The notes under the pieces were generated by a model, which was not told the origin of the DNA, did not search any database, and saw only the letters and a list, made by a program, of their open reading frames with translations. Position numbers and translations under genes: made by a program. 64,000 bases of DNA from Candidatus Poribacteria bacterium (GTDB lineage: Bacteria; Poribacteria; WGA-4E; PCPOR2b): positions 1,376,001-1,440,000 of the forward strand of contig OZ244587.1 of the NCBI GenBank assembly GCA_965218095.1, in the 5' to 3' direction. Positions 38,620 through 49,407 of the stretch are shown in pieces (within the stretch, counting starts at the first letter, position 1; every line of letters begins with the position of its first letter).

Positions 38620-39377
38620 CTACTTCATCGGAAACGGTTTGGCATTTCGTCAAAATTCTGCTCTTTATTCTCACCGCGCAGCAAGATCGCCGACTAGGTG
38701 TGTCCGAGAGAATTTATTTCAACTTGCTTGACCCGGGGTGGAACATAACGAACTGTCAAGCCACAACGCCGCCGCGTTGATTGATTTGGCAGACTCTCGT
38801 GAATCAATGTGCCGTGATGAATGGAGATCTCGCCCGCTTTCAGAATCAGGCCCACAGCGTTTTTCTCCTCTTCCTCGCTGACTGGAACTTCTTGATTGAT
38901 GCTCAACAGATTTCCTTCTAGTTCGGATTTTCCATGCTCCCGAATGCCGGAGCGGTGGGTGCCGGGAATAACTCGCATGCAACCGTTCTCGCGCTCGCTA
39001 TCGTCGATAGCGTACCACGCGGCAATCGTTTCGGGCGGTTCGAGTCCTCAGTAGGTCACATCTTGGTGCCATGCCACAAACTTATTCTCATCGGGACCAT
39101 ATTTGCAAAAGAAGTGCGTCCCCAGCATCATGACATCGGGGCCTATCAAGGCTTCGATACAGTCCACAACCCTCGGATGCGTTGCGATCTCCCAGATAAA
39201 TTCCTCATCAAAATGCCGATCGAGCAACCCGATCTGGCATTTCTCGCGGCCCTCTCCAGCTTCTAATTCGTCAAATAATTCTCGGTGTCGGGCGGTCTCT
39301 GCTTCATCGGAAATCTGAATTTTCGGAACGAAACCGCTCGTTTCATAAGCCTTGACTTGTTGTTTGGTTAGGGACAT
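38620..39377 (-). pseudogene. Phytanoyl-CoA dioxygenase (PhyH) family with two premature stops
   Basis: WHQDVTY*GLEPP..ENGCMRVIPGTH..H.S.PN..RR; in-frame TGA (39048) and TAG (38694). Confidence 0.85.
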
Positions 39378-39404
39378 TTTTCGCTCCTTTCTTGATTTTG
39401 GGTG

Positions 39405-40644
39405 TGTACTGCCATCGGAAATTTAGCCCATTGTCTAAACCAAGATTGTGATACAATGACAATCAGATTGAAAGGAGATTTCCGATGGCAAAACGAAGAA
39501 GATTCACACCCCAATTTAAGGCGGAAGTCGTTATTGAGGCACTTATCAACCAAAGTTCACAAGCGCAACTCTGTCGACAGCATAACCTCAGCGAAGAACA
39601 ACTATCAAAGTGGAAACACCAACTCCTTGACAACGCAGCGATTCTCTTTGAATCCACTGATAAGCAATCCAACGACTCTAAAGAGCGGATTGCTCAACTG
39701 GAGCAACTCGTCGATCGATTGACCCTGGCATTAGACATCCCCAAAAAAGCCTCGACTTGGCTGACTTGAATCGGTCTCAAAAGCGACAGATGGTTGAGGC
39801 TTTACAGACCAATTACTCGGTTCGACACATTTGTGAGGTTCTCGGCTTCAATCGGAGCAGTCTCTATTATCAACCCAAAAGCGACCCCTTAGAGCCAGTG
39901 CTACGAGATGAAATCGAAAAACTATCTGCCCGTTATCCGAAATATGGCTATAGGCGTATCACGCAGTTGCTGTTGCGTATGGGATACATGGTCGGTTACC
40001 GACGCGTCGCCCGATTGATGAAAGCGGATAATCTGCGGGTCGCCGTAAAACGTGGCAGTCAAACCACCCAATCGTTTGACTGTGTTGGTCAATCGGTCAA
40101 TCGGGTTGAGAATCTTGACATCTGTCGAAGCAATCAAGTTTGGGTCGGTGATATTACCTATGTCCGACTCAAAGGACAATTCGTCTATGTTTCGGTGTTA
40201 ATCGATGTCTTGACCCGAATGATAAGAGGTTGGCAGATGAGTCGGCACTTGACACAACCTCTCACATTAAGACCGTTGCAACAGGCATTAAGCCAAAGCA
40301 TTCCAGAAATTCATCATAGCGACCAGGGAGTTGAGTATCTTCCGACAGCCTATATTTCCACGCTTATCGGTCATGGGGTTGAGATTTCCTTAGCGCATCG
40401 GGGGCATCCGTGGGAGAACGGCTATGCTGAGAAGCTAATAAGAACCCTCAAGGAGGAAGAGGTCCATCTCAACGACTACGATGATATAATGGATGCCAGA
40501 GCGCGAATCGGTCATTTTATTGGACAGGTTTATAACCAGAAACGACCTCACTCGGCGTTAGGGTATTTGACGCCAGTTGAATTTGAGCAAAAACACTTGT
40601 CTTAACTTTGATGATTTCTGGTCTAAATTAACGTTGGCACTTCA
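39405..40644 (+). mobile_element. IS3-family element, apparently intact
   Basis: TG..CA ends, TIR 20/26; orfA 39485-39769; orfB 39757-40605 (WVGDITY, HHSDQG, ENGYAEK.IRTLKEEE); A6G slippery site near 39743. Confidence 0.92.
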
Positions 40645-40797
40645 ATGATATGTGATGCGTCTCAGATATTAGTGCTTAAAGATCATATTCTTTTCCCCCG
40701 TCTGGACGGAATGTAGTGAACAATAAAACGTCGATCTGGATACTTTGCCATCGCTTGTTCTTTCGCGTCTTGATAGGTATCCTCAAAGAAGGTTTCC

Positions 40798-40956
40798 TTA
40801 CGCAATCGCATATGCCTTCAAAGCATCAAGCCCAACCGTGTTTTGGGGACCGTGCGGTTCGCATAGACTATAGCAGAAGTAAACAAGGGGACATCCCTGG
40901 GAAACGGCTTCTAAGTCATCGGGAAACATCCGTTCCCAACGCACCTCTCTTATCAT
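40798..40956 (-). pseudogene. Creatininase-family N-terminal fragment
   Basis: VRWERMFPD.L..LCEPHGPQNTVGLDALKA, then truncated. Confidence 0.6.
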
Positions 40957-41304
40957 CGTATTCTCCTTTTCCATCGGCACTTTGAACATTATCCAATTGT
41001 AGCACTCGCGATACAAAGTTGTATCATTGTTACCACAGCTTTTTCAAGTCCAATTTTCTTTCCCCTCCGTTTAGGTTAGATAATTGTGTGACCTGGTTCT
41101 GGCATCTTAATTGCGCATTTCAGAGAACCGTTGCAGAGCAAGATTTTATGATAAATCCACGAATCTGTCAACCACAATCTATAATAGTGGGTATGTTGCG
41201 GAATTCGCAGAATTTGATTTTTAGCTTGGCATCTGGTTTGTCCTGTGATATACTCTGAATATCTTACACAGTAAGCAAAATAAATCACGAAAGGAAGGAG
41301 AACC

Positions 41305-41934
41305 ATGAACAGACTTGCTCTCACTATCGCATCCCTGCTAATTGCAATTATATTCGTAGGGTGTTACACGCAGATTGGCTACTATGAACCACCACATCCA
41401 ACTCGAAAAACTTCCTATCATCGTCAAGATGATCAGCATCACCAAGAGGAAACCAAAGAGATCGAGGCTGAAGAAGAGGAAGAGGCGCAAGTTAAAGCAG
41501 AGGGCGAGCAGTCCGAAGCGGAGGACGAAGGGTATTACGGACACCACAACCCCACCTATGGCGATCACGACCTTTATTACCGCCCTTACTACTACGACTA
41601 CTATCCCCCCTATCCATATTATGGCGGCTATCACTCCCGCTATCCCTATTACGGGTATTACCACGATTCATATTATTCGTATTATGGACACGACTATCCT
41701 TATGGACATCACAGATACCGTTATCATCGGCATCACTACTCACGGCCCCGCTCCAAGATTGGTGATTTGCATTTTGGACGTCAACGCTCGCAAAGCCATC
41801 GGGGGGTCAGATCCGGTCAGCCATCGTTGAGGCGTCCGAGCAAATCAGCAGTAAATAGAGAATCCAGCCCTGCCCCCGCTCGCAGTTCATCGGGGTCACG
41901 GTACGACAGATCACGGAGATCTAGGAGGAGGTAA
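41305..41934 (+). CDS. Lipoprotein with Glu-rich, Tyr/His/Pro/Gly-rich and Arg/Ser-rich low-complexity blocks
   Basis: AAGGAG RBS; signal peptide with FVGC lipobox. Confidence 0.8.
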   Translation: MNRLALTIASLLIAIIFVGCYTQIGYYEPPHPTRKTSYHRQDDQHHQEETKEIEAEEEEEAQVKAEGEQSEAEDEGYYGHHNPTYGDHDLYYRPYYYDYYPPYPYYGGYHSRYPYYGYYHDSYYSYYGHDYPYGHHRYRYHRHHYSRPRSKIGDLHFGRQRSQSHRGVRSGQPSLRRPSKSAVNRESSPAPARSSSGSRYDRSRRSRRR

Positions 41935-41941
41935 GACGCAA

Positions 41942-43234
41942 ATGAGAAGATTGATGAGAATTACCATTGCTTTGGCGTTGATGTTCACCTGCTTTGTGTT
42001 TGGAAGCAAAGTCGGATTTGCACAGATAGAGGAAATTGCCCTCGGCAATACTTTCGGTCTTGGCGCAAGGGCAATGGGGATGGGTGGAGCGTTTCTCGGC
42101 ATCGCAGATGATTTCACGGCGCTCTACTGGAATCCGGCGGGGCTTGCCCAGATTAAGAAGTTCGAGTTATTTGGCGGCTTTTCGCACAGCGAGACAGATG
42201 TAGAAACGCAGTTCACCAGCGACCGTGTTACAAAAGCAGACAGATCAAAGACTCGTCCCAACGCGATCGGTTTAGTCTACCCTTTATACGCAGCTCGTGG
42301 CGGGGTTGCACTCGCACTGGGATATAATCGGCCGCAAAATTTTGATTCGGAGATTGCCATTAAAGGGCTTGATCCTTCTTCTGACCCTGTATTTGGTGGA
42401 TTTGATGTGGATGAAACGACCATCGACAAAGGCGGAATTGGTGCCTGGAGTTTTGGTGCCGGTGTATTTATATCAGAGAATATCCTGCTGGGTGGTTCAC
42501 TCGATTTCTGGTATGGGACGAGTTTCAACGAGTTGAATAATACTGCGAGGGACATCAACAACATCGATGCAGAAGTGAAACGGTTCGCCTTCCACGATAC
42601 CGTAGATCGGGAATATATGGGGCTCGGCGGTAGGGCAGGCATGCTTGCTTTCGCCGGGGAAAATGTTACATTTGGGTTGACTGTCACGCTCCCAATCAAT
42701 CTTGAAGTTGACGAAGTGTGGCGCCAGGAAACGGAAGTGACCTTCGACGATAGTGAAGTCGAAGTGGATGCGGATGAAGGGTCAACCCCTTTATTCGACA
42801 TTGAACGTCCGTTTGAGTTTGGTGGTGGGATTGCCCTCAAGCTCCTGGAGAAACGCCTGACCCTTGCAGGCGATGTTCAGTTCACAGACTGGACGCAATC
42901 CGAATATGATCCACGACCAGCAGAAGATGTCCCCAAGAACAACTTCGATCGGTTTTATGACAGCACTATCCAGATCCGCCTCGGTGCAGAGTATCGCATA
43001 CCGGAGATCGAAACCAGCGTGCGCGTCGGCTACTTCCGTGATCCGATTCCGTTCCAGAATAAGGAAATCGATAGCGATCGGGACTTTTTGACCATCGGCG
43101 TAGGCAAGATCTTTGATCGGGTTATCAAATTTGATATTGCCTACATGCGTGGTTCATGGGAACGATCAAGCAATTCACTGACAGAAGATCAGACTTCCCA
43201 TCGTGTGTTTCTGTCTGCGGCATATCGATATTGA
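41942..43234 (+). CDS. Outer-membrane beta-barrel, OmpP1/FadL/TodX (PorV-like) family
   Basis: GARAMGMGGAF.GIADD.TA.YWNPAGL; C-terminal YRY. Confidence 0.85.
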   Translation: MRRLMRITIALALMFTCFVFGSKVGFAQIEEIALGNTFGLGARAMGMGGAFLGIADDFTALYWNPAGLAQIKKFELFGGFSHSETDVETQFTSDRVTKADRSKTRPNAIGLVYPLYAARGGVALALGYNRPQNFDSEIAIKGLDPSSDPVFGGFDVDETTIDKGGIGAWSFGAGVFISENILLGGSLDFWYGTSFNELNNTARDINNIDAEVKRFAFHDTVDREYMGLGGRAGMLAFAGENVTFGLTVTLPINLEVDEVWRQETEVTFDDSEVEVDADEGSTPLFDIERPFEFGGGIALKLLEKRLTLAGDVQFTDWTQSEYDPRPAEDVPKNNFDRFYDSTIQIRLGAEYRIPEIETSVRVGYFRDPIPFQNKEIDSDRDFLTIGVGKIFDRVIKFDIAYMRGSWERSSNSLTEDQTSHRVFLSAAYRY

Positions 43235-43282
43235 TGCCAATTCTGCCGGCGTGTACGAGTTTTTTTACGTCTCTCTTAGAAA

Positions 43283-43327
43283 TAAAAAAGGCGTTGATGA
43301 GGATTCTCTCAATCAACGCCTTTTTTA
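43283..43327. terminator. Bidirectional intrinsic terminator
   Basis: AAAAAAGGCGTTGAT..ATCAACGCCTTTTTTT between convergent genes. Confidence 0.85.
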
Positions 43328-43351
43328 ATCAACTTCTATGAACGTCCGCGC

Positions 43352-43705
43352 CTATTCCACCAACTGGATATAAGCCATCTGAGCGCCATCACCACGTCTC
43401 AACTCCCCCCTGATGATGCGCGTATACCCGCCATTCCGATCCCGATAGCGTGGGCCAAGTTCATCAAACAATTCCTGCAACACATAAGGATCGTGGATGA
43501 TTCGAGCTGCCTGCCGTCGCGCGTGTAAATCGCCTCGTTTTGCAAGCGTGATCAGCTTTTCAGCAACACGCCTCAGTTCTTTGCACTTCGGCAGCGTTGT
43601 GCGAATCTGTCCATGTTCAAATAGAGCTATCGCTTGGTTGCTGAACAATGCCTGACGATGGCTGCTGGTTCTGTTAAGTTTTTTTCCCGCTTTTCTATGA
43701 CGCAT
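43352..43705 (-). CDS. rplQ: 50S ribosomal protein L17
   Basis: MRHRK, GGYTRI. Confidence 0.98.
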   Translation of the reverse strand: MRHRKAGKKLNRTSSHRQALFSNQAIALFEHGQIRTTLPKCKELRRVAEKLITLAKRGDLHARRQAARIIHDPYVLQELFDELGPRYRDRNGGYTRIIRGELRRGDGAQMAYIQLVE

Positions 43706-43727
43706 TACTGCTCGTCCTTATCAAATT

Positions 43728-44702
43728 TTAAGCAACCTTTTCATCACCATTGAGGGTCATTCCTAAAGAAAGTCCCATACTCGCAAGAATATCCTTGATT
43801 TCGTTCAGGGATTTCCTGCCGAAGTTGCGAAACTTGAGCATCTCCTGTTCGGTTTTGATCACGAGGTCCCGGATGGTCGTAATCTTCGCGGCTTCCAGAC
43901 AATTTGCGGAACGTACCGAAAGTTCGAGCTCCGCAACCGGTTTCGATAAATATTTCTCGCGCTGGAGTTTTTCTTCATCAATCTCTTCGATAGGCTCAAC
44001 ATAAGTTTCATCGAAATCGCTAAATAGCCGTAACTGATCTAACAGAATATCTGCGGCTTGTGTAATTGCATCTTTCGCTGTGATGCTCGCATCCGTCCAC
44101 ACTTCTAAGATAAGCCGGTCGTAGTTCGTCATGTGTCCAACCCGTGTCTCTTCGACCAGGAAATTGACTTTTTTGACCGGTGAAAACTTGGAATCGAGAG
44201 GAATAACTCCGATTGGTTGATCGGGAGGCATATGTTCCTCTGCAAGTTCATACCCCCGTCCTCGACGAACCTGCATTTCGATGTTCCATCCATCACACTT
44301 ATCAAGTGTTGCAATATGTAGGTCTGGATTAATGACATCAACCTGTCCATTGGGTTGAATATCTGCCGCTGTAATCTTACCAGAGCCCTCCCCGAATAAG
44401 CGCAAGGTAATGATTTCGTCAGTATGCACTCTGAACCGAATCTCTTTGAGGTTAAGGAGGATCTGAGTGACATCCTCCCTCACGCCATCAATTGTTGAAA
44501 ACTCATGCTTCACACCATCAATAGCGATGGAGATAACAGCGGCCCCCTGAATTGAAGAAAGCAGAACGCGCCGAAGGGAGTTACCGATTGTAATTCCAAA
44601 CCCTTGTGCAAGCGGTTCAGCAATGAATTTCCCGTAATCCGGCTTTAAGGTATCCAAATCCGCAACAAGACGCTTTGGTTTGGTGATTTCCCACTCTGTC
44701 AT
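43728..44702 (-). CDS. rpoA: RNA polymerase alpha subunit
   Basis: [28 protein letters not shown]. Confidence 0.98.
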   Translation of the reverse strand: MTEWEITKPKRLVADLDTLKPDYGKFIAEPLAQGFGITIGNSLRRVLLSSIQGAAVISIAIDGVKHEFSTIDGVREDVTQILLNLKEIRFRVHTDEIITLRLFGEGSGKITAADIQPNGQVDVINPDLHIATLDKCDGWNIEMQVRRGRGYELAEEHMPPDQPIGVIPLDSKFSPVKKVNFLVEETRVGHMTNYDRLILEVWTDASITAKDAITQAADILLDQLRLFSDFDETYVEPIEEIDEEKLQREKYLSKPVAELELSVRSANCLEAAKITTIRDLVIKTEQEMLKFRNFGRKSLNEIKDILASMGLSLGMTLNGDEKVA

Positions 44703-44734
44703 CGATCTTATCTCCCTACATCAAAATGGCTGTG

Positions 44735-45361
44735 TTATCTGGAGTAAAGTTCAACGATTAACTGCGTTTCGAGGTCTGTAGCCAGTCGCTCTACGTTTGG
44801 AAATGCCCGAACAACTCCCTCTTGTTTGTCGGTGTTCAGCTCAAGCCACTCTGGCGTGCCCCTGTGCTGAGAACGTTCTAAGGCTTCTTGGATAACTGCC
44901 GCGTTGCGACTTTTCTCTCGCGTTTGAATAACATCACCAATTTTTATCAGAAAAGAGGGAATGTTGACTCGTTTTCCATTTACAAGGAAGTGGTTGTGTG
45001 TCACGAGTTGTCGAGCCTGCCGGCGTGAATTGGCGAACCCTAAACGGTACACCGCGTTATCCAACCGACGCTCCAATAATATAAGCAGATTTTCCCTCAC
45101 AACCCCTTTTTGGCGCGCCGCCATCGTATAGTAATTTTTAAATGGCTTTTCAAAAACGCTATAGATACGCTTTGATTTCTGCTTTGCACGCAATTGGCAC
45201 CCATAGTCTTTTACTTTCGGCAGTTTTTGACCATGTTGACCAGGCGGATAACTCCGACGCTCAAATGAACACTTCGGGGAATCACAACGTTGTCCCTTCA
45301 AAAAGAGCTTTTCCCCTTCTCTTCGGCATAGCTTGCACACAGATCCTAAATATTTGCTCAT
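44735..45361 (-). CDS. rpsD: 30S ribosomal protein S4 (Zn-binding Cys type)
   Basis: CKLCRREG, PGQHG, LERRLDN. Confidence 0.98.
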   Translation of the reverse strand: MSKYLGSVCKLCRREGEKLFLKGQRCDSPKCSFERRSYPPGQHGQKLPKVKDYGCQLRAKQKSKRIYSVFEKPFKNYYTMAARQKGVVRENLLILLERRLDNAVYRLGFANSRRQARQLVTHNHFLVNGKRVNIPSFLIKIGDVIQTREKSRNAAVIQEALERSQHRGTPEWLELNTDKQEGVVRAFPNVERLATDLETQLIVELYSR

Positions 45362-45420
45362 GCTTTTCTGGTTAAATCTGGACCATTTCCTCCTTTCTCA
45401 AACTAACCAATCTCTAAAAA

Positions 45421-45813
45421 TCAAACACGACGACGTTTGGGTGGTCGACAACCATTATGAGGAATTGGAGTTACATCTTTCATTGAGGTAATTTCCAGTC
45501 CAGCAGCAGAGAGAGATCGAATTGCCGACTCTCTTCCAGAGCCTGGTCCCTTGACCCTTACCTCAACACGCCTCATCCCACGCTCCATCGCTTTCTTTGC
45601 ACACACTTCTGCGGTCTGCTGTGCCGCAAATGGCGTAGATTTTCGTGAACCACGGAAATTCGTTCCGGCGCTCACCCACGCAATCACATCCCCGTTTGGA
45701 TCAGTGATGGTAACAATCGTATTGTTAAAAGTCGCTTGAATGTGAGCGATCCCCTCGGGGACATCCTTTTTTTCTCTTCTCTTCGGTCGACTAGAAGCAC
45801 TAGATCCTTGCAA
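45421..45813 (-). CDS. rpsK: 30S ribosomal protein S11
   Basis: [27 protein letters not shown]; TTG start inferred from RBS. Confidence 0.98.
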   Translation of the reverse strand: MQGSSASSRPKRREKKDVPEGIAHIQATFNNTIVTITDPNGDVIAWVSAGTNFRGSRKSTPFAAQQTAEVCAKKAMERGMRRVEVRVKGPGSGRESAIRSLSAAGLEITSMKDVTPIPHNGCRPPKRRRV

Positions 45814-45845
45814 GAGCAATCTCCTTTCTAATGACACAAACAGTA

Positions 45846-46241
45846 TTACCCACCTTTACGCGCAGCTTCTTTTGCCTTTCTTCCAACTGAAATGGTTTTG
45901 GCTTTTCCTTTGCGCGTTCGGGCATTAGTGCTCGTTCGTTGCCCGCGGGCAGGCAACTGCCGACGATGGCGAAACCCACGATAACTATTGATGTCCATCA
46001 ACCGTTTGAGATTCAACTCAACTTCGCGCCTTAAATCCCCTTCAACTTTGTAGTCTCGGTTGATTGTCTCTCTTAATCGGCTGATTTCCGCCTCATCTAG
46101 ATCTTGCGCTTTTTTGGCGGAATCGATTTGTAAATCTTCCACCATCTTCGATGCGTTATATCGCCCGATCCCATCAATATATGTCAGGGCAATATCGATT
46201 CTTTTATTTCGGGGTAAATCAACACCAGCAATTCTTGCCAT
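45846..46241 (-). CDS. rpsM: 30S ribosomal protein S13
   Basis: [20 protein letters not shown]. Confidence 0.98.
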   Translation of the reverse strand: MARIAGVDLPRNKRIDIALTYIDGIGRYNASKMVEDLQIDSAKKAQDLDEAEISRLRETINRDYKVEGDLRREVELNLKRLMDINSYRGFRHRRQLPARGQRTSTNARTRKGKAKTISVGRKAKEAARKGG

Positions 46242-46290
46242 GCCTTTTCCTCCTAACTTCTCATATTGTGCGTGAAAACAAATAAATCAC

Positions 46291-46407
46291 CTATCCTTGT
46301 CTTTGCTTATGTTTTGGACTCGCCGGACAAATGACACGGACGACGCCTTTTCTTTTGATGATCTTACATCGGTTACACATTTTCTTAACTGAGGCACGAA
46401 CTTTCAT
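46291..46407 (-). CDS. rpmJ: 50S ribosomal protein L36 (below ORF-track cutoff)
   Basis: [38 protein letters not shown]. Confidence 0.97.
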   Translation of the reverse strand: MKVRASVKKMCNRCKIIKRKGVVRVICPASPKHKQRQG

Positions 46408-46462
46408 CATTTCTCCTCGCATTCCCAGGGACTATGGGAGAACGCAGTAGTTGTCGAAAAAT

Positions 46463-47803
46463 CTATCTTGAACGGCGCCCCTTCACACGCCTATCCTTCA
46501 GAAATCCTTCATAATGCCGCATCGTCAAATAGGATTCAATTTGCGATACTGTATCTAATACGACCCCGACAACAATTAAGATAGAAGCGCCGCTAATCAA
46601 TGCGCCGGTACCCAGCCATCCCTGCAAAAGTAAAGGGAAAACAGCAATTCCAGCAAGGAAAAGTGCGCCAGGTAAAGTAATCCTAGTTAAAGTATCATTG
46701 ATGTAGTCTGCGGTCTTCTTGCCGGGACGAATTCCCGGAATAAAACCGCCGTATTTCCTCAGATCGTCAGCCATCTGTACAGGATTAATCTGAACGGCGG
46801 TATAGAAGTAGGTGAAGCCTATAATCAAAAGTGCGTAGGTCACCCAGTATAAGGGACTGCCCGGGCTGATAGCGGCTTGTAGGCCCAAAACCCATCCCCA
46901 CGTTTGCGGCAAAAAGCCTAAAACTGTTGAAGGAAATTGCATCAACGTGACAGCAAAAATAATCGGAATCATACCGGCTGCATTGACACGTAAAGGAATA
47001 TGCGTTGCTTGTCCACCAAGCACTTTACGCCCGACAACTCGCCGTGCATATTGAACGGGCAGCTTGCGAACAGAAAGGGTAATATACACCGTTCCCATAA
47101 TAGCCACAACACCTAAAGCCACGAAGACAACCAATTGTGGAAGTCCCAAGCTGGGATCACTGAGTAAACGGTTGAATAGCGTAGAAACGCCGCCCGGCAT
47201 ACCTGCGAGGATGCCCACGGTAATGATCAACGAAATCCCCTGACCGATCCCCCGTTCTGTAATCTGTTCACCAAGCCACATCACGAAAGATGTTCCGGCC
47301 ATCAGGGTGAGCATGGTTAGCAAGGTCCACCAAATGTTTGACAGATGAGCCGGAACAATGTCTACATCAACCCCAAGGTTTCTGGGATTGCGCAGCAGAA
47401 AACTAATCCCGAGTCCCTGGACAGCACTGAGAATAACGGTGGCGTAGCGGGTGTATTGCGTAATCTTTTTCCGGCCGTCTGGCTCTTTAGAAAGTTTCTC
47501 AAGGTAGGGGATAACAACCGCCATGAGCTGCATGATGATCGAAGCGCTGATATACGGCTGGATACCGAGTGCAAAGATCGTCATGTTTTTGAATGCGCCA
47601 CCCGAGAAGAGATTGACAAAATCAATCATGTTTCCGCCGGGCCGATCTTTTAACGTGTCAAAGAATTGTTCTAAGGCGACATCATCAATTCCGGGGATTG
47701 TGATATGTGCACCCAATCGATAAACAATCAACAACATAGCCGTAAAGATAATTCTCTGCCGCAGCTCTGGAATTTTGAAAGCGTTCTGAAATGCCTTAAT
47801 CAC
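46463..47803 (-). CDS. secY: Preprotein translocase SecY
   Basis: LGIQPYISASII, WLGEQITE.G.G.G.S, FIPGIRPG. Confidence 0.98.
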   Translation of the reverse strand: MIKAFQNAFKIPELRQRIIFTAMLLIVYRLGAHITIPGIDDVALEQFFDTLKDRPGGNMIDFVNLFSGGAFKNMTIFALGIQPYISASIIMQLMAVVIPYLEKLSKEPDGRKKITQYTRYATVILSAVQGLGISFLLRNPRNLGVDVDIVPAHLSNIWWTLLTMLTLMAGTSFVMWLGEQITERGIGQGISLIITVGILAGMPGGVSTLFNRLLSDPSLGLPQLVVFVALGVVAIMGTVYITLSVRKLPVQYARRVVGRKVLGGQATHIPLRVNAAGMIPIIFAVTLMQFPSTVLGFLPQTWGWVLGLQAAISPGSPLYWVTYALLIIGFTYFYTAVQINPVQMADDLRKYGGFIPGIRPGKKTADYINDTLTRITLPGALFLAGIAVFPLLLQGWLGTGALISGASILIVVGVVLDTVSQIESYLTMRHYEGFLKDRRVKGRRSR

Positions 47804-48250
47804 TTAGATTACCTCAGCTTTACCACCTATCGATTCTATCTTTTCAACAGCGGAGTTTGAAAATCGGTGTCCCTGTACCGTTAATTGTTTTTCGAGATTA
47901 CCTTCTCCAAGAATCTTGATCTTCGCATTTTTCTTTTTTATAATTCCAGCTTCTCGTAAAATCTCAGGGGTAATTGTCGTCCCACTGTCAAAACGATTCA
48001 GCGTCTTGATGTTCACCACATCATACTCGATCCGTTTATGTGCGATTCTTCTCGGACCACGCTTGGGCAAGCGCCTTACTAATGGCATCTGTCCCCCTTC
48101 AAACCAGGCGGGAATCGACCTGCCAGACCTGGATTTCTGCCCCTTGTGACCACGACCACAGGTTTTGCCCCAACCTGAACTCTCCCCACGTCCAACCCGC
48201 TTCTTGGCGTGCGTTGAGTTTTTTGCAGGCTTGAGTTCGTTTAGTTTCAT
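47804..48250 (-). CDS. rplO: 50S ribosomal protein L15
   Basis: GRGHKGQKSRSG, FEGGQMPL. Confidence 0.98.
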   Translation of the reverse strand: MKLNELKPAKNSTHAKKRVGRGESSGWGKTCGRGHKGQKSRSGRSIPAWFEGGQMPLVRRLPKRGPRRIAHKRIEYDVVNIKTLNRFDSGTTITPEILREAGIIKKKNAKIKILGEGNLEKQLTVQGHRFSNSAVEKIESIGGKAEVI

Positions 48251-48296
48251 CAGTATTCTACTCCATTTTATCCACTGTCAATTGGCGATGATTTTT

Positions 48297-48327
48297 AACC
48301 TTCCGAAGGTTTTAAACCTTCGAAAGG
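48297..48327. repeat. REP-like double hairpin at the usual rpmD position
   Basis: AACCTTCCGAAGGTTTTAAACCTTCGAAAGG. Confidence 0.6.
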
Positions 48328-48368
48328 ATTCGATGGAAACTGGGTCTGAAACTGAGAATGTCGCCTTC

Positions 48369-48872
48369 TCAGTTTAACAGTTCCTCAACTGTTTTTCCGC
48401 GGAGGCGAGCCACTTCGTTAATGTCTTTTAGATCTCTCAGGGCTTTCATGGTAGCTTCTGCTGTATTTTTTACATTTCTGGATCCAAGTCGTTTGGTCAA
48501 TACATCTTGAACACCGGCAAACTCCAGAATTACTCTTGTTGCAATTCCAGCGATAATCCCTGTGCCAGGACTAGCAGGCTTAAGCAGAACCTTTGCCCCT
48601 CCATATTTACCTATCATTTCATGGGGAATTGTATTTCCTGATAAAGGGATACGAATCAGGTTTTTTTTCGCATCAGCAATACTTTTACCGATTGCTGATG
48701 GAATCTCGTTTGCGCTTCCAAATCCAAGCCCAACAATCCCTGCTCGGTCTCCGACGACGGAAAGTGCATTAAAGCTTGGTGTTCGTCCCCCTTTGCGCAC
48801 ACGCATCACGCGGTTGATATCGATTGGACGTTCCTCAAATTCAAACTCGTCCGGGTTAATTCTTTCCCTCAA
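48369..48872 (-). CDS. rpsE: 30S ribosomal protein S5
   Basis: KGGR..F.AL.VVGD, PASPGTGIIAG. Confidence 0.97.
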   Translation of the reverse strand: MRERINPDEFEFEERPIDINRVMRVRKGGRTPSFNALSVVGDRAGIVGLGFGSANEIPSAIGKSIADAKKNLIRIPLSGNTIPHEMIGKYGGAKVLLKPASPGTGIIAGIATRVILEFAGVQDVLTKRLGSRNVKNTAEATMKALRDLKDINEVARLRGKTVEELLN

Positions 48873-48952
48873 AAGCAAGTCTCCTTCACGATGAAATGCC
48901 CAGTTTATTTCCAAACGCGCTTATCATATAACCCCTCAAATAGCTAGCTGTT

Positions 48953-49321
48953 TCAAAACCGGAGGCCCTCTTCCCTGACAGCCTCCGCAAGTGCTTTAAT
49001 TCTTCCATGATAGAGGTTTCCACCACGATCAAATACAACTGATTCAATCCGATGTTCTTTTGCTTTGCGACCAATCAGTGTTCCCACTTGTTGAGCCGCG
49101 TTGGCATTGCCTCCTGTTGGAAGGCTGCTTTTCAACTCTGGCGATAAGGTTGATGCCGCAGCAAGCGTGTTACCTGTTTCGTCATCAATAATCTGCGCGT
49201 AAATATGCTTTAGACTTCTATAAACAGAAAGTCTTGGGCTTTGATTTGTACCTGTAATTTTTTTGCGGATTCGCTTTTTTCGCTTATTCCGAGCAATAGA
49301 TTTCCTCTTTAATCGATCCAA
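48953..49321 (-). CDS. rplR: 50S ribosomal protein L18
   Basis: [18 protein letters not shown]. Confidence 0.97.
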   Translation of the reverse strand: MDRLKRKSIARNKRKKRIRKKITGTNQSPRLSVYRSLKHIYAQIIDDETGNTLAAASTLSPELKSSLPTGGNANAAQQVGTLIGRKAKEHRIESVVFDRGGNLYHGRIKALAEAVREEGLRF

Positions 49322-49407
49322 CGATTGCCCTCCAACAGATGATAGAAAAAGAATTAACAAATAAAATCATGGTCAATTCCGGCTTGCCGACCTATTAAAT
49401 CACCGCA

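Noticed and set aside
39048-39050. In-frame TGA in PhyH as Trp or Sec recoding
   Set aside because: A second premature stop (TAG) is present, and TGA terminates many genuine genes in the window.
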